Shown: positions 9,076 to 18,538 of the stretch, one piece after another
Numbering within the stretch: the stretch's first letter is position 1
Layout: each line of letters opens with the position of its first letter
Assembly: GCA_963841855.1 (NCBI GenBank)
Contig: CAWJEJ010000003.1
Span: forward strand, 384,946 to 448,945
DNA from: Rhodothermales bacterium
GTDB lineage: Bacteria > Bacteroidota > Rhodothermia > Rhodothermales > BA12
Direction of reading: 5' to 3'
Length of the DNA: 64,000 nucleotides
Program-made: the position numbers and the translations under genes
Notes under the pieces: model-generated
What the model was told of the DNA's origin: nothing
The model's database searches: none
Seen by the model: only the letters and a program-made list of their open reading frames with translations

Positions 9076-9501
9076 ATGTCCAACGTTGTCCACTACACGA
9101 TCCCTGTCCACACCTTCCAGGTCGACTTTGGAGGCGTCGTGTCGAACACGATCTACGTGCAGTGGATGGAAATCGGTCGCACCGAACTGCTCGCCGCCAT
9201 TGGGCTGCCCATCGAGCAGGCGTGGGAGCAGGGCATCGTCCCGGTCCTCGTTCACACTACAATCGACTACAAGCGCCCCTTTCGGCTGGCCGAGACCGTC
9301 CATGCTCGGGCCTGGATCAGCGAACTGCGCAACACGTCGGCCGTGATGCAGCACCGGTTTCTCAGCGCCGATGGCGAGTTGTGCGCGACGGGCCATCAGG
9401 TCGGCCTGTTCGTCGACCGCCACACGATGAAGCCGCACCGCCTCGACTCGGATCAGCGGGCGCTGTTCGAACAGGTACTGGCCGCCGAAGACGCCGCCTA
9501 A
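9076..9501 (+). CDS. acyl-CoA thioesterase (4HBT / YbgC-like hotdog fold)
   Basis: 141-aa ORF. YTIPVHTFQVDFGGVVSNTIYVQWME matches the 4HBT N-terminal pattern, including the catalytic Asp context. Confidence 0.75.
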   Translation: MSNVVHYTIPVHTFQVDFGGVVSNTIYVQWMEIGRTELLAAIGLPIEQAWEQGIVPVLVHTTIDYKRPFRLAETVHARAWISELRNTSAVMQHRFLSADGELCATGHQVGLFVDRHTMKPHRLDSDQRALFEQVLAAEDAA

Positions 9502-9729
9502 CCGGCCTCACTGATTGGTCGGGCGCGCAGTTGATCCAAGCGTCTGCGCCCGCCGTGGAATTCGGCGCGGCCGACCAACTCCACCGCGTATCGGCTGCCC
9601 ATGCGGGCGCACGCAACCAGACGATGTGGGTGACGGGGACGAGGCGCGAGCGGACGTTGTTCGGCGGCATGCCGATCGAAAGCGAAACCGTCCTCGTCGA
9701 CCTCTCCAGGGCTCAGCGAGTGTGAGCGT

Positions 9730-10119
9730 TCAGCCGACGGGTGTTGCGAGTTCCACGATCACGCCGTCCGCATCGCGCACGTAGGCGACGGTTTGCCCCC
9801 ACGGCTTCTCAGATGGCTTGGACAGGACGACGGCACCGGCGACGACGGCGCGGTCGAACGCGGCGGCTACGTCATCGGTGACGAGGCAAATCTCCATCGC
9901 AGGAGGCGGTGCATCGGGCGTGGTGCGGCGGTAGCCTGCGGGGAAGTTCGTCTCGCCCAGTTCGTCCGACGCGAACGCCAGCGCCGTCGCCCCGGTGTCG
10001 AGTTCGGCGTAGTCGCCCGACGGGTGGACGAAGCGGCTCGACAGGCCAAATGCGCGCTCGTAGAACGCGACCGAAGCCGCCACGTCGGGCACGTAGAGAA
10101 TGGTGTATCCGAACGTCAC
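9730..10119 (-). CDS. VOC-family (glyoxalase/bleomycin-resistance fold) protein
   Basis: 129-aa [21 protein letters not shown] and [14 protein letters not shown] are typical VOC modules. The GTG start overlaps the SDR stop (GTGA). Confidence 0.7.
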   Translation of the reverse strand: MTFGYTILYVPDVAASVAFYERAFGLSSRFVHPSGDYAELDTGATALAFASDELGETNFPAGYRRTTPDAPPPAMEICLVTDDVAAAFDRAVVAGAVVLSKPSEKPWGQTVAYVRDADGVIVELATPVG

Positions 10120-10913
10120 GAGGGCGAGGCGGCTGATCCGGCCAATAGCCCGCCGTCCAGGTTGAGTTCCGATCCGGTCATGTACGCCGCCTCGTCCGAC
10201 GCGAGCAGGACGGCGATGGCGGCGACTTCGGCGGGTGTTCCGAAGCGGCGCAGCGGAGTATCAGCGACGAGGGCCTGCATTCGCGCTTCGCGGTCAGGCC
10301 CGTCGCCCAGCATCGGCTCCCAGATGGGCGTGACGATGGCGGCCGGGTGGATGCTGTTGCACCGGATCGCCAGCCCCTGTCCGGCGCAGTAGAGCGCGAC
10401 GGTTTTGGTATGGTTACGCACGGCGGCTTTGCTGGACGCGTAGGCCGCAGCCGCCGGAATGCCGACCAACCCCGAGCGCGACGACACGTTGATGATCGAC
10501 CCCACACCTGCCGGTCGCATCGCGCGGATGGCATGTTTGCAGCCCAGAAAGACGCCGTCGAGATTGGTACGGTGGACGGCGCGCCACGCGTCCAGCGTCG
10601 CGTGTTCGGGATCGTGCGCGATGGGGCTGTCCTCGAAGCCCGTGATGCCCGCATTGTTGACGACGACATTGAGCCGCCCCCATCGCTCCGCCACATCGAC
10701 CATTGCCGCTTCCCAATCGGATTCCTCGCGCACGTCGAGCCGTCGATACACGGCAGACGCCCCGAGCCGATCCGCGACTTTCGACCCCAGATCGTCGCGC
10801 ACGTCAGTCAGCATCACGCGCGCTCCTTCCGACACGAAAGCGGCTGCAATCGCCTCGCCGATACCCCGAGCGGCGCCGGTGACGAGGGCCGTTTTTCTTT
10901 GAAGTCGCGACAC
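10116..10913 (-). CDS. SDR-family oxidoreductase
   Basis: [12 protein letters not shown] (TGxxxGxG), NNAG and YASSKAAV (YxxxK). Confidence 0.85.
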   Translation of the reverse strand: MSRLQRKTALVTGAARGIGEAIAAAFVSEGARVMLTDVRDDLGSKVADRLGASAVYRRLDVREESDWEAAMVDVAERWGRLNVVVNNAGITGFEDSPIAHDPEHATLDAWRAVHRTNLDGVFLGCKHAIRAMRPAGVGSIINVSSRSGLVGIPAAAAYASSKAAVRNHTKTVALYCAGQGLAIRCNSIHPAAIVTPIWEPMLGDGPDREARMQALVADTPLRRFGTPAEVAAIAVLLASDEAAYMTGSELNLDGGLLAGSAASPS

Positions 10914-10924
10914 TATCCCGGAGG

Positions 10925-11545
10925 CTAAACGATCAGGCCGTGAAACAACGCGTCCACGTCGAGCGGCGGCAGGTCGGGCAGGAGCTGCGGCACGAGCGGC
11001 TGCTCGGTCGACGCGGAGAAGCGGCTGACGTGGGTGTACTCGCCATCGACGGGATCACGGGCGACTTCGACGTAGCGCTTTTTGGTGCTCACCACCCACA
11101 CCTCGGGGATACCGGCGGCGGCGTACCGCGAGCGCTTGACGCCCCGGTCGAACGCCAGCGTGGTATCCGACACCTCGACGAGGAGCAGCACGTCGTCGGC
11201 TCGCGCAACGCGGCCTCGCGACAGAGCGTCCGGCACCAGCAGCGCCAGGTCAGGCTCCGGCTCCGAGCGGTCGTCCAGGCGGACCGGGTTCTGAACCGAT
11301 AGCACAGCCAGCGGTGGCGTCGCTTGGAAGCACGCTTTTCCGAGCTGATACGTCAGCTGGTTGGTGACGACGAAGTGGGCGTCTCCGATGGGTGACATGG
11401 GCAGCAGGTGTCCGTCGAGCAGTTCGACGCGTTCGTCGGGGCGGAAGATGCCCGCCTCGCCCATCGCATGGTATTCATCGACGGTGATCGGCCGCAGCAG
11501 GTGCAGGGCGACGGGAGGCAGCGGGGCGAGGTCGAACGGTGGCAT
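10925..11545 (-). CDS. Uma2-family (DUF820) PD-(D/E)xK endonuclease-like protein
   Basis: [15 protein letters not shown]...[52 protein letters not shown]. The ATG at 11545 is chosen because the longer ORF would run into thrA. Confidence 0.75.
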   Translation of the reverse strand: MPPFDLAPLPPVALHLLRPITVDEYHAMGEAGIFRPDERVELLDGHLLPMSPIGDAHFVVTNQLTYQLGKACFQATPPLAVLSVQNPVRLDDRSEPEPDLALLVPDALSRGRVARADDVLLLVEVSDTTLAFDRGVKRSRYAAAGIPEVWVVSTKKRYVEVARDPVDGEYTHVSRFSASTEQPLVPQLLPDLPPLDVDALFHGLIV

Positions 11546-11636
11546 AGCAAGAGGCGATTGCGACGCGATACGTCCGGGCGCGCGACGCGGGTCCAGTAAC
11601 GTAGGGGCGGATCCGCGACCCGCCCTCTCCCAGAGA

Positions 11637-14084
11637 TCACAACAGGCAGCGGGCGGCGTGGAGCAGGTCGGCGTAGACGCCCGATGCGGTGATGTCGCGT
11701 CCAGCACCGGCGCCGCTGACGGTGAGCGCGCGCGGATAGCGGCGGCTCGTCAAGGCGAGCGCGTTGTCCATGCCGGACAGGCGGCCGAAGACAGTGTCGG
11801 GCGATACCGACTCAATGCCGGTCTGGAGCGTCAGAGCGCCCCCGGACGCATCCAGCCGGGCGAGGTAGGTCAGGCGGTGGTCTGGCGCGAGTTCCGAGCG
11901 GCGTCGCTCCCACTCGTCGTCGAGTTCGGGCAGGCGCTTCATGAACGCGTCGACCGAGAGGCTGGCCCAGTCGGTGGGATAGAGCGCGTCGACCGATACG
12001 TTCCGCAGTTCGGCCTCGAACCCGGCGACGCGGGCAAGCGTGAGCAGTTTGCGCGCCACGTCTAGTCCGCTCAGGTCGTCGCGCGGATCGGGCTCGGTGA
12101 ACCCTCGGGCGCGCGCATCGCCGACGGCGTCCGAGAACGCCGCGCCGTCGGTGACCTGCCCGAGCACGTAGGCCAGCGTACCGCTGAACACGCCGTCGAT
12201 GTGAGAGACGGGATCGCCCGACGACACCACGTCGCGCAACGTGCCAACGAGGGGAAGTGCCGCTCCGACGGTCGTCTCGTAGAAAAACGGAGTTCTACGC
12301 GACAGCTCGGCTAGCTGATCGAACGTGGCTTGATCGCGCGTATTGGCCCGCTTGTTCGGCGTGACGACGCCCACTCCGGCGCGCAGCAACTCGGCGTATC
12401 GATCCGGAACGGCTTCCGACGCGGTGCAGTCGACGAGGACGCGCCGTCCGGGGCGCTCGACGAGCCACGTGACGAGCGCGTCGAGGTCGGCAGGCTCGCC
12501 GCCGTCGAGCAGCGACTCCGGATCTGCCAAAGCGTCGAGCCCGCTTGGGTCCATCCGCATTCGGCGCGAGTTCGAGACGCCGACCAGTCGAAGTGGCACG
12601 TCGGCACCGGCCAGCATCGGCAGCAGTGCGCGCCCGACACCCCCTGTAGCTCCGACGAGCGCCACCTGCACGGCGCCTGGTCCGTCGATTCGAAACGCGT
12701 CGTGCACCGCGTGAACGGCTTTGGCGACGACGCGCTCCTCGACGACCGTCGTCAGGCTGTTTTGCGCTGCGCTCATCCCAATCGCCATCACGTTGACGCC
12801 CACTTGCCCCAGCGCCGCGAACAGCCGCCCAGCCACGCCGCTCTGCTCGCGCATGCCGTTACCCACCGCCGTCACGACCGCGCACCTGCGCACGACGCCG
12901 ACGTGGGAGATGTCGCCGCGCGTCAGTTCGAGAGCGAATGCCCGCTCCAACACCGCCTGCGCCTGGCCCGCCTGATCGTCGCGCACGACCAGCGTCAGGC
13001 TCTGCTCGCTCGACGCTTGAGTGGCGAAGTAGACGTTGCCGACCGCAGCCACAGCCTCGAACGCACGCGCCGTGATGCCGCGCACGCCGACCATGCCCGG
13101 CCCCTCAAGGGTTACCAGGGCCACGTCGCGAATCGTGGTGACGGCGCGGACGGCCTCTCCGTTGGGAAGAGCTGTCGTCGTGATCAGCGTGCCGGGAGCG
13201 TCGGGGTTGAACGTGTTCTTGATGAGCAGCGGCAAGTCACGCTCGATCAGCGGACGCATCGTGCGCGGATGAAGCACCTTAGCCCCGAAGTAGGCCAGCT
13301 CGGCCGCCTCGGCAAAGTGCAGGATCGGCATCGGGCGCGCTTCGGGCACGAGCCTGGGGTCTGCCGTCAGCACACCGTCGACATCGGTCCAGATCACGAT
13401 CCGCTCGGCCCCCAACGCGCCCGCCAGAATGGTTGCGGTGTAGTCGCTGCCCGAGCGCCCGAGCGTCGTAGTGACTCCAGCCTCGGTCGACGCCCGAAAG
13501 CCCGTCACGACAGTGATCTCGCCGTCGGGCACGCCAGCGAAGTGCGCTCGGATGAGACCGCCCGTGATGTCGAAGTCCACCGTCGCCTCGCCAAACCGGT
13601 CATCCGTCCGCACGACGAGTGCGCTGTCCAGCTCGGATGCGCCCAGTCCTCGCGCCCGAAATGCCGCCGCGACGAGAGGAACGCTCAGCCGCTCGCCCGC
13701 CCCCGCGATGCTGTCGAGCGCGCGCGGCGTGCACTCGCGCAAGAGGTAGATGCCTTCGAGCAGGTCCGACACGAGATCGAACTGCACGGCCAACTCGGCG
13801 CTGATCGCGTCGAACTCGCCCGGCAGCGCGAGCTCTTCGAGCACCTGCTCGTGCCGCACGCGGAGGCGACCGATATGCGCTCGGAAGTCGCCCGTCCGTT
13901 CGAGTGCCGCCCGAGCCGCCTCTAGGAGCGCGTCGGTGACTCCCCCCATCGCAGAGGCGACGACGATCTTTTGCGCCTCATCATCTTCCCGTGCGACCAG
14001 ATCAACGGCGCGGCGGATGCGGTCTGCGTCGCGAAGCGAGGAGCCGCCGAACTTGAACACGCCGTGTCGCCGGGGAGTAACCAT
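11637..14084 (-). CDS. thrA: bifunctional aspartokinase / homoserine dehydrogenase
   Basis: 815-aa ORF. Aspartokinase start VFKFGGSSL, ACT region, then a homoserine dehydrogenase half (VALVGATGGVGRALL...). Confidence 0.9.
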   Translation of the reverse strand: MVTPRRHGVFKFGGSSLRDADRIRRAVDLVAREDDEAQKIVVASAMGGVTDALLEAARAALERTGDFRAHIGRLRVRHEQVLEELALPGEFDAISAELAVQFDLVSDLLEGIYLLRECTPRALDSIAGAGERLSVPLVAAAFRARGLGASELDSALVVRTDDRFGEATVDFDITGGLIRAHFAGVPDGEITVVTGFRASTEAGVTTTLGRSGSDYTATILAGALGAERIVIWTDVDGVLTADPRLVPEARPMPILHFAEAAELAYFGAKVLHPRTMRPLIERDLPLLIKNTFNPDAPGTLITTTALPNGEAVRAVTTIRDVALVTLEGPGMVGVRGITARAFEAVAAVGNVYFATQASSEQSLTLVVRDDQAGQAQAVLERAFALELTRGDISHVGVVRRCAVVTAVGNGMREQSGVAGRLFAALGQVGVNVMAIGMSAAQNSLTTVVEERVVAKAVHAVHDAFRIDGPGAVQVALVGATGGVGRALLPMLAGADVPLRLVGVSNSRRMRMDPSGLDALADPESLLDGGEPADLDALVTWLVERPGRRVLVDCTASEAVPDRYAELLRAGVGVVTPNKRANTRDQATFDQLAELSRRTPFFYETTVGAALPLVGTLRDVVSSGDPVSHIDGVFSGTLAYVLGQVTDGAAFSDAVGDARARGFTEPDPRDDLSGLDVARKLLTLARVAGFEAELRNVSVDALYPTDWASLSVDAFMKRLPELDDEWERRRSELAPDHRLTYLARLDASGGALTLQTGIESVSPDTVFGRLSGMDNALALTSRRYPRALTVSGAGAGRDITASGVYADLLHAARCLL

Positions 14085-14218
14085 GAGAGCAGAAAGGTGC
14101 GAGTGAGCGAGGGAGGTAGTATCGTGCGCCAGCCGGTAGGCAGTCGATGAAAAGCGCGTAAGGGCTTCCGCTCGCCTTGCGGCCCCGATCCGGACTCCGT
14201 ATCCTAGCCGTCCACATC

Positions 14219-14291
14219 GGGGCCTTAGCTCAGTTGGTAGAGCGCTTCAATGGCATTGAAGAGGTCAGCGGTTCGATTCCGCTAGGCTCCA
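14219..14291 (+). tRNA. tRNA-Ala (anticodon GGC)
   Basis: Acceptor GGGGCCT/AGGCTCC with G3:U70. Anticodon stem CTTCA/TGAAG with loop ATGGCAT. T-arm AGCGG-TTCGATT-CCGCT. No encoded CCA. Confidence 0.9.
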
Positions 14292-14297
14292 CCCCCG

Positions 14298-14342
14298 AAA
14301 ACGGCCCGGAAACCTGATTAAACAGCGTTTTCGGGCCGTTTT
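14298..14342 (+). terminator. terminator-like hairpin after tRNA-Ala (two alternative pairings)
   Basis: AAAACGGCCCG (14298-14308) pairs with CGGGCCGTTTT (14332-14342). The alternative is CCCGAAAACG (14294-14303) with CGTTTTCGGG (14326-14335). The loop is large (~22 nt) and the 3' side is T-rich. Confidence 0.45.
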
Positions 14343-14365
14343 GCTTTGAGCACAGTTGGCGGGCG

Positions 14366-15111
14366 TTAGCGCCCCCAAATGCCCCGTTCTGCCGCGAAAG
14401 ATGGTCCATGCATGGACCATCTTTTCGAGACCATGCCCCTCGTCACGCAGAAGTCAGGCCGTACCATGTCGACCGGCCGCTTCCGTGGCGCGCTAGCAGT
14501 CTGCGCTCGACCAGTTCCGTCCTGGAACGGGTGGATTGCCAGGAAGACGTCCACGAACACGCCGATGGGTAAGAGCGAATGCCAGCGCCCATGCTCGCGC
14601 TCGTGGTGCCACCAACGGATCAGCTCGGTCATGCGCAGCGGCATCTCGAACGGCGTGGCGGTCTCGAATACGACGCCGACCATGTTGCCCTCAGCATCGA
14701 AAGCGGCGACGCGTTGCGCAGCGTTTTGTACTGGCCTCGGCGCCGCTCGTCCTTGGTGCTGCGCCGCAGCAAGTCGCGATGCAGCTATTTGACGTGATTC
14801 TCGGTGAGAAGAATGTCGGCCTACGACTCGAAGACGGCTTCCATGACGCCGGCGTACCTAGCGATCTCCTGCTCGTCACGCGTGTCTATTCGGTTTACCT
14901 CGATCTTGCCCAAAAGCTGCCCGATCTCGCAGTTGGTGAGCGTGCTGCCTTCGATACGTGTCGAAGAGCCGATGCTTTCGATCGTGGCGACGCGCCTGCA
15001 AGCGCTCAAGGGAGAGCGTGCCCAGCGCACGCCAGGTGCCCTTGAACTCGTCGATCTAGCAACGAGCGCGAGCAGTTCGGGCGCGATGCGGGTGGTGTCA
15101 GTACGAATCAT
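14366..15111 (-). pseudogene. Fic-family (AMPylase-type) protein, heavily decayed
   Basis: N-terminal SSTRIEGSTLT...DEQEIARYAGVMEAVFES (ORF 14821..15111). Then in-frame TAG codons at 14823-14821 and 14787-14785 inside ADILLTENHVK*LHRDLL...RRGQYKTLRNA. A 1-nt loss near 14709-14714. Then VGVVFETATPFEM...FLAIHPFQDGTGR (ORF 14366..14683). The tail after the Fic motif is non-homologous and short. Confidence 0.8.
14397..14424. repeat. 28-bp perfect palindrome AAAGATGGTCCATG|CATGGACCATCTTT
   Basis: Read directly. The two 14-nt arms are exact reverse complements with no spacer. It is AT-richer than its surroundings. Confidence 0.95.
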
Positions 15112-15291
15112 GCCCGATTGACATTACGCTCTCACCTGTGCTGCTGCTGCCCCGGTGCTCGAATGGTCGGGAAGCACTTTGCTCACTTTTCGTCCGCAAG
15201 TGCTGGCAATCGGCTGCGAGCCTTGCTCGACTCGGAAGAGAGGTAACAGACGAGAGTTCTTCCCCGATAGACGCCTGAATCGTGCGACTTA

Positions 15292-17748
15292 GTGCCGATC
15301 CGTCGAGGGAAGACTTTCCGGTTATCGCGCGTTGCGGGTCTCACTTCCATGACTCCCGAGATCATTTCGACTTACCCGCCCCTCGCTTCTGTCCTCCGCC
15401 CACGATCACATGCGTACAGCATTTCCTGCCGTTTGCGGATAGCAGCGCTTGCCCTTCTGATCTTTCCGCTGAGCGCAAGCGCGCAGAGCATAACCGGCCG
15501 CGTCGTCGATGCCGTGACGCAGGAGACGCTGCCCGGCGCCAGCGTCGTCGTGCTCGGAACGGACGGCGCCGTTCTCACGGGAGCCGCCACGAGCGTCGAC
15601 GGCACCTTTGCGATCAGCGGCGTCGCGCCCGGCACGTACCGCGTCCGCGCATCCTACGTGAGCTACGATGAGCGCGTCGTCGGCGACGTGGTCGTGCAGG
15701 GTAGCAGGCCGACGTTCGTGCTCTTCGAAATGAGGCAGACCGTGACGGAAGCGGGCGACGAGGTCGTCGTGACGGGCAGCCTGTTCGACGACGCGCCCGA
15801 CGCGCCGACTTCGGTCACGACGCTAGGACCCGAAGAGATCAGACGCACACCGGGTGGACAGAACGACATCTCGCGCTCGCTGCTGGCGCTTCCCGGCGTG
15901 AGCGGCGGCGTCGACAACCGCAACGACCTGCTGGTGCGCGGCGGCGGGCCGAGCGAGAACGCTTACTTCGTCGACGGCATCGAGATACCGCAGATCAACC
16001 ATTTCTCGACGCAGGGCGCGGCGGGCGGTGCGCTGGGCCTGCTCAACGTCGACTTCATCCGCGAGGCCACGTTCTATACCGGTGGCTTTCCGGCGCGCTA
16101 CGGCGACGCGGCCTCGTCCGTCTTGGTGATCGAGAACCGTCCCGGAAGCCCCGAGACGCTGGCGGGCGACTTCACCGTCGGCGCGACCGAGGCGGCGCTT
16201 TCGCTCGACGGCGCGTGGGGCAACGATTTCAACTGGACGTTCTCGGCGCGGCGCAGCTACCTGCAATTTCTGTTCGAGCTGATCGACCTGCCCATCCGCC
16301 CGGCGTACTGGGATTTCCAGAGTAGGGTCGAGTGGTCGCCGACGCCTAGCGACCGATTGGTCTATTTCGGCTTATGGGCCGTCGACGACTTCGACATCGT
16401 GCAGCCCGACGACCCGGACGACTTCCAAGGATTCGAGACGGCCTCGCGCGTGCTCGACAACGACCAGCGCGGCTACACGTCGGGCGTGTCGTGGCGCAGA
16501 CTCGTACCGGGCGGCTTCGTCACGACAGCCGTCAGCCGAAGCTACCAGGAGTTCGCTTTTCGCGACCGGGACGAAACCGGCGACGCGCTGCTTTCGAACG
16601 ACGCCGAGGAAGCCGTCTGGCGCCTGCGCTCCGACGGCGACTTCCGTCTGAGCCGCGCGCTCACGCTCGGCGTCGGCGGCGGCGCCTCGCGCGAGACCAT
16701 CGTGAGCGACTTCTTCCAGCGCGCCACGCCCGCCACGCCGTTCGATACCGACCTGGCGTTCGGCACCGATCTGGCACTCTGGAAAGGCTTCGGCTACGCG
16801 CAGATCACGCAGAGCGCGCTGGGCGGACGCCTGTCGCTCACGGCCGGACTGCGCGCCGACGCGACGGGCTTTCTTGACCAGACGGCAACCGTTTCGCCCC
16901 GGCTGAGCGCGTCGTACGACCTGACGAGCAGGTGGCAGGTAAGCACCGCGCTGGGCCGCTTCACCCAGTCGCCCGAGTTGGTGTCGCTCTCGGTGCGGCA
17001 GGGCGGCGACTACGTCAACCGCGGACTGGACTGGATCGACGTGCAGCAGATCGTCGGTGGACTGGCCTTCTCGCCCGCTCCCGACTTGCGGCTTTCGGCC
17101 GAGGGCTACTTCAAGGGCTACACCGACTATCCCGTCTCGCTCTCGGATCCGCGCATCTCGCTGGCCAACCTGGGCGGCGACTTTGGAACGGTCGGCGCTG
17201 AGCCGCTCACGTCCGATGGCGAGGGCCGCGCCTATGGTATCGAGCTGTCGGCGCAGAAGCGGCTCACGTCGCGCTTCTACGGGCTGGGCAGCTACACGCT
17301 CGGGTGGAGCGAGTTTACCGGAGCCGACGGCGTCTACAAGCCCAGCGCGTGGGACGTGCGCCACAACGTATCGGCGACGGGCGGCGTGCGGCTGGGCAGG
17401 TGGGAGATCGGCAGCAAGCTGAGCGTGCTCTCGGGGCGCCCCTTCACGCCGTTCGACCTAGCCGCGAGCGAGCAGGAGTACGCGCTCTCGCGCCGAGGCG
17501 TGCGCGACCTGGACCGCTTGAACAGCGAGCGCACCGGCGCCTACTCGCGGCTCGACGTGCGCGTCGACCGCCGCTTCTCGATCAGCAGCCGCATCAACGG
17601 CGTCGTCTACGTCGACGTGCAGAACGTGCTGGACCAGGAGAACGTGTTCTCGCTCGAATACACCGAGGATCCGTCCGAGCCGGACCGCTTGCGCGAGCAG
17701 ACCAACGTCGGCCGCCTGCCGACGATTGGGTTCAGCATCGAGTTTTGA
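15292..17748 (+). CDS. TonB-dependent receptor with CarboxypepD_reg-like N-terminal domain
   Basis: ITGRVVDAVTQETLPGASVVVLG...GTYRVRASY (CarboxypepD_reg), a plug region (VVVTGS...TLGPEEIRRTPGG) and a barrel ending in IGFSIEF. The coordinates give the maximal ORF (GTG). The likely true start is the ATG at 15349, or the TTG at 15433, which gives the signal peptide MRIAALALLIFPLSASAQS. Confidence 0.85.
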   Translation: MPIRRGKTFRLSRVAGLTSMTPEIISTYPPLASVLRPRSHAYSISCRLRIAALALLIFPLSASAQSITGRVVDAVTQETLPGASVVVLGTDGAVLTGAATSVDGTFAISGVAPGTYRVRASYVSYDERVVGDVVVQGSRPTFVLFEMRQTVTEAGDEVVVTGSLFDDAPDAPTSVTTLGPEEIRRTPGGQNDISRSLLALPGVSGGVDNRNDLLVRGGGPSENAYFVDGIEIPQINHFSTQGAAGGALGLLNVDFIREATFYTGGFPARYGDAASSVLVIENRPGSPETLAGDFTVGATEAALSLDGAWGNDFNWTFSARRSYLQFLFELIDLPIRPAYWDFQSRVEWSPTPSDRLVYFGLWAVDDFDIVQPDDPDDFQGFETASRVLDNDQRGYTSGVSWRRLVPGGFVTTAVSRSYQEFAFRDRDETGDALLSNDAEEAVWRLRSDGDFRLSRALTLGVGGGASRETIVSDFFQRATPATPFDTDLAFGTDLALWKGFGYAQITQSALGGRLSLTAGLRADATGFLDQTATVSPRLSASYDLTSRWQVSTALGRFTQSPELVSLSVRQGGDYVNRGLDWIDVQQIVGGLAFSPAPDLRLSAEGYFKGYTDYPVSLSDPRISLANLGGDFGTVGAEPLTSDGEGRAYGIELSAQKRLTSRFYGLGSYTLGWSEFTGADGVYKPSAWDVRHNVSATGGVRLGRWEIGSKLSVLSGRPFTPFDLAASEQEYALSRRGVRDLDRLNSERTGAYSRLDVRVDRRFSISSRINGVVYVDVQNVLDQENVFSLEYTEDPSEPDRLREQTNVGRLPTIGFSIEF

Positions 17749-17755
17749 ACGCTGC

Positions 17756-18522
17756 CTACGCAGCCGCCTCGCCCGTCAGCCAAGCCCACGCTCGGGACTC
17801 GCCGCTTCTTGGGTGATAGCGCACATCGGCGAACGTCAGCAAGTCCAGCGATTCTACCAAGGGACGCAGAGCGCCTGGGCCTATGACGGCGCACTGCGTC
17901 ACCCTTCGCAGCGGCGCGCGGTCGGCGGAGAGTAGCGGCGCGGCGAATGCGGCCATCGGAAGCGCTCGGTACGGATCGACGGGAGCAGCAGCGAGACGGT
18001 TTCGTGTGAGCGAATCGCCTGATGCAGATCGTCCATGTCAGCCAGCGTCGGCGGCGTCCAAAGCGCGAAGGCTACGATGGGCGGCCTGCCGTGCTGCGAG
18101 GCGGGCGTACCGAAGAGCTGTGTCATGCTCCGCTCGGGAGGCGGAATCTGAGCCGATGCCCACGCACGGGCCGCTCCGACGCGCGCGGTGGTGAACCGGC
18201 GGATCTGCGTGGTCGGAAGCAGCCGGTTCACCTTCCGGATCAGTGGTGCCATCCAGGCGGCAGCGCCCAGTAGCGCTACGCGGCGTACGCGGACCATGAC
18301 GCCCAGCAGCGACATCAGACTCGGCCAGCAGCGTGACGGAACGTCCGAGGCAATATCGCCGCACGTGGACAGGTCAATGAGTACGCCCATCGACTCGGCT
18401 CCGGGTAGTTCACCAGCAGCGCTCAGGATCAGGCGAGCGCAGTCGTCGACGTCTTCGCGGTCGAGCGTGCCTACGACGTACGTCTGGGTCAGGTGGGAGA
18501 CCGTTATGGGATGGTGGTTCAC
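17756..18522 (-). pseudogene. two-domain STAS (SpoIIAA-like, DUF3478-type) protein, one frameshift
   Basis: GTG at 18522, 17 nt after the MscS stop. Domain 1 and the start of domain 2 lie in ORF 17899..18783 (…RRVALLGAAAWMAPL…, PIVAFALWTPPTLADMDDL…VSLLLPSIRTERF). The rest lies in ORF 17756..17956 (AAFAAPLLSADRAPLRRVTQCAVIGPGAL…AWAWL). A 1-nt loss lies near 17957-17960. Paralogous to 19681..20526 and 30998..31777. Confidence 0.65.
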
Positions 18523-18538
18523 AAGCGGGCGCGCGTTT

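Noticed and set aside
9515-9578. Nested inverted repeats in the 228-nt convergent spacer between the thioesterase and the VOC gene. TTGGTCGG/CCGACCAA encloses GCGCAG/CTGCGC and CGCCG/CGGCG.
   Set aside because: The stems are short (5-8 bp) and GC-rich, so they are easily produced by chance in this composition. There is no T-run and no recognisable RNA family.
14785-14823. The two in-frame TAG codons in the Fic gene as evidence for TAG recoding or suppression.
   Set aside because: The same gene also has a frameshift and a degenerate C-terminus. In addition, TAG is used as a normal stop by several intact genes here (for example the MscS gene at 18539 and the double-STAS gene at 17756).
15112-15432. 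Possible riboswitch (cobalamin or TPP) in the ~320-nt leader of the TonB-dependent receptor.
   Set aside because: I could not find a B12 box (GCCACTG context) or the TPP CTGAGA/ACCTGATCTGGATAATGCCAGCG-type cores. GGTGC…GGGAAG fragments occur, but in the wrong order. A cmsearch against Rfam would be decisive.
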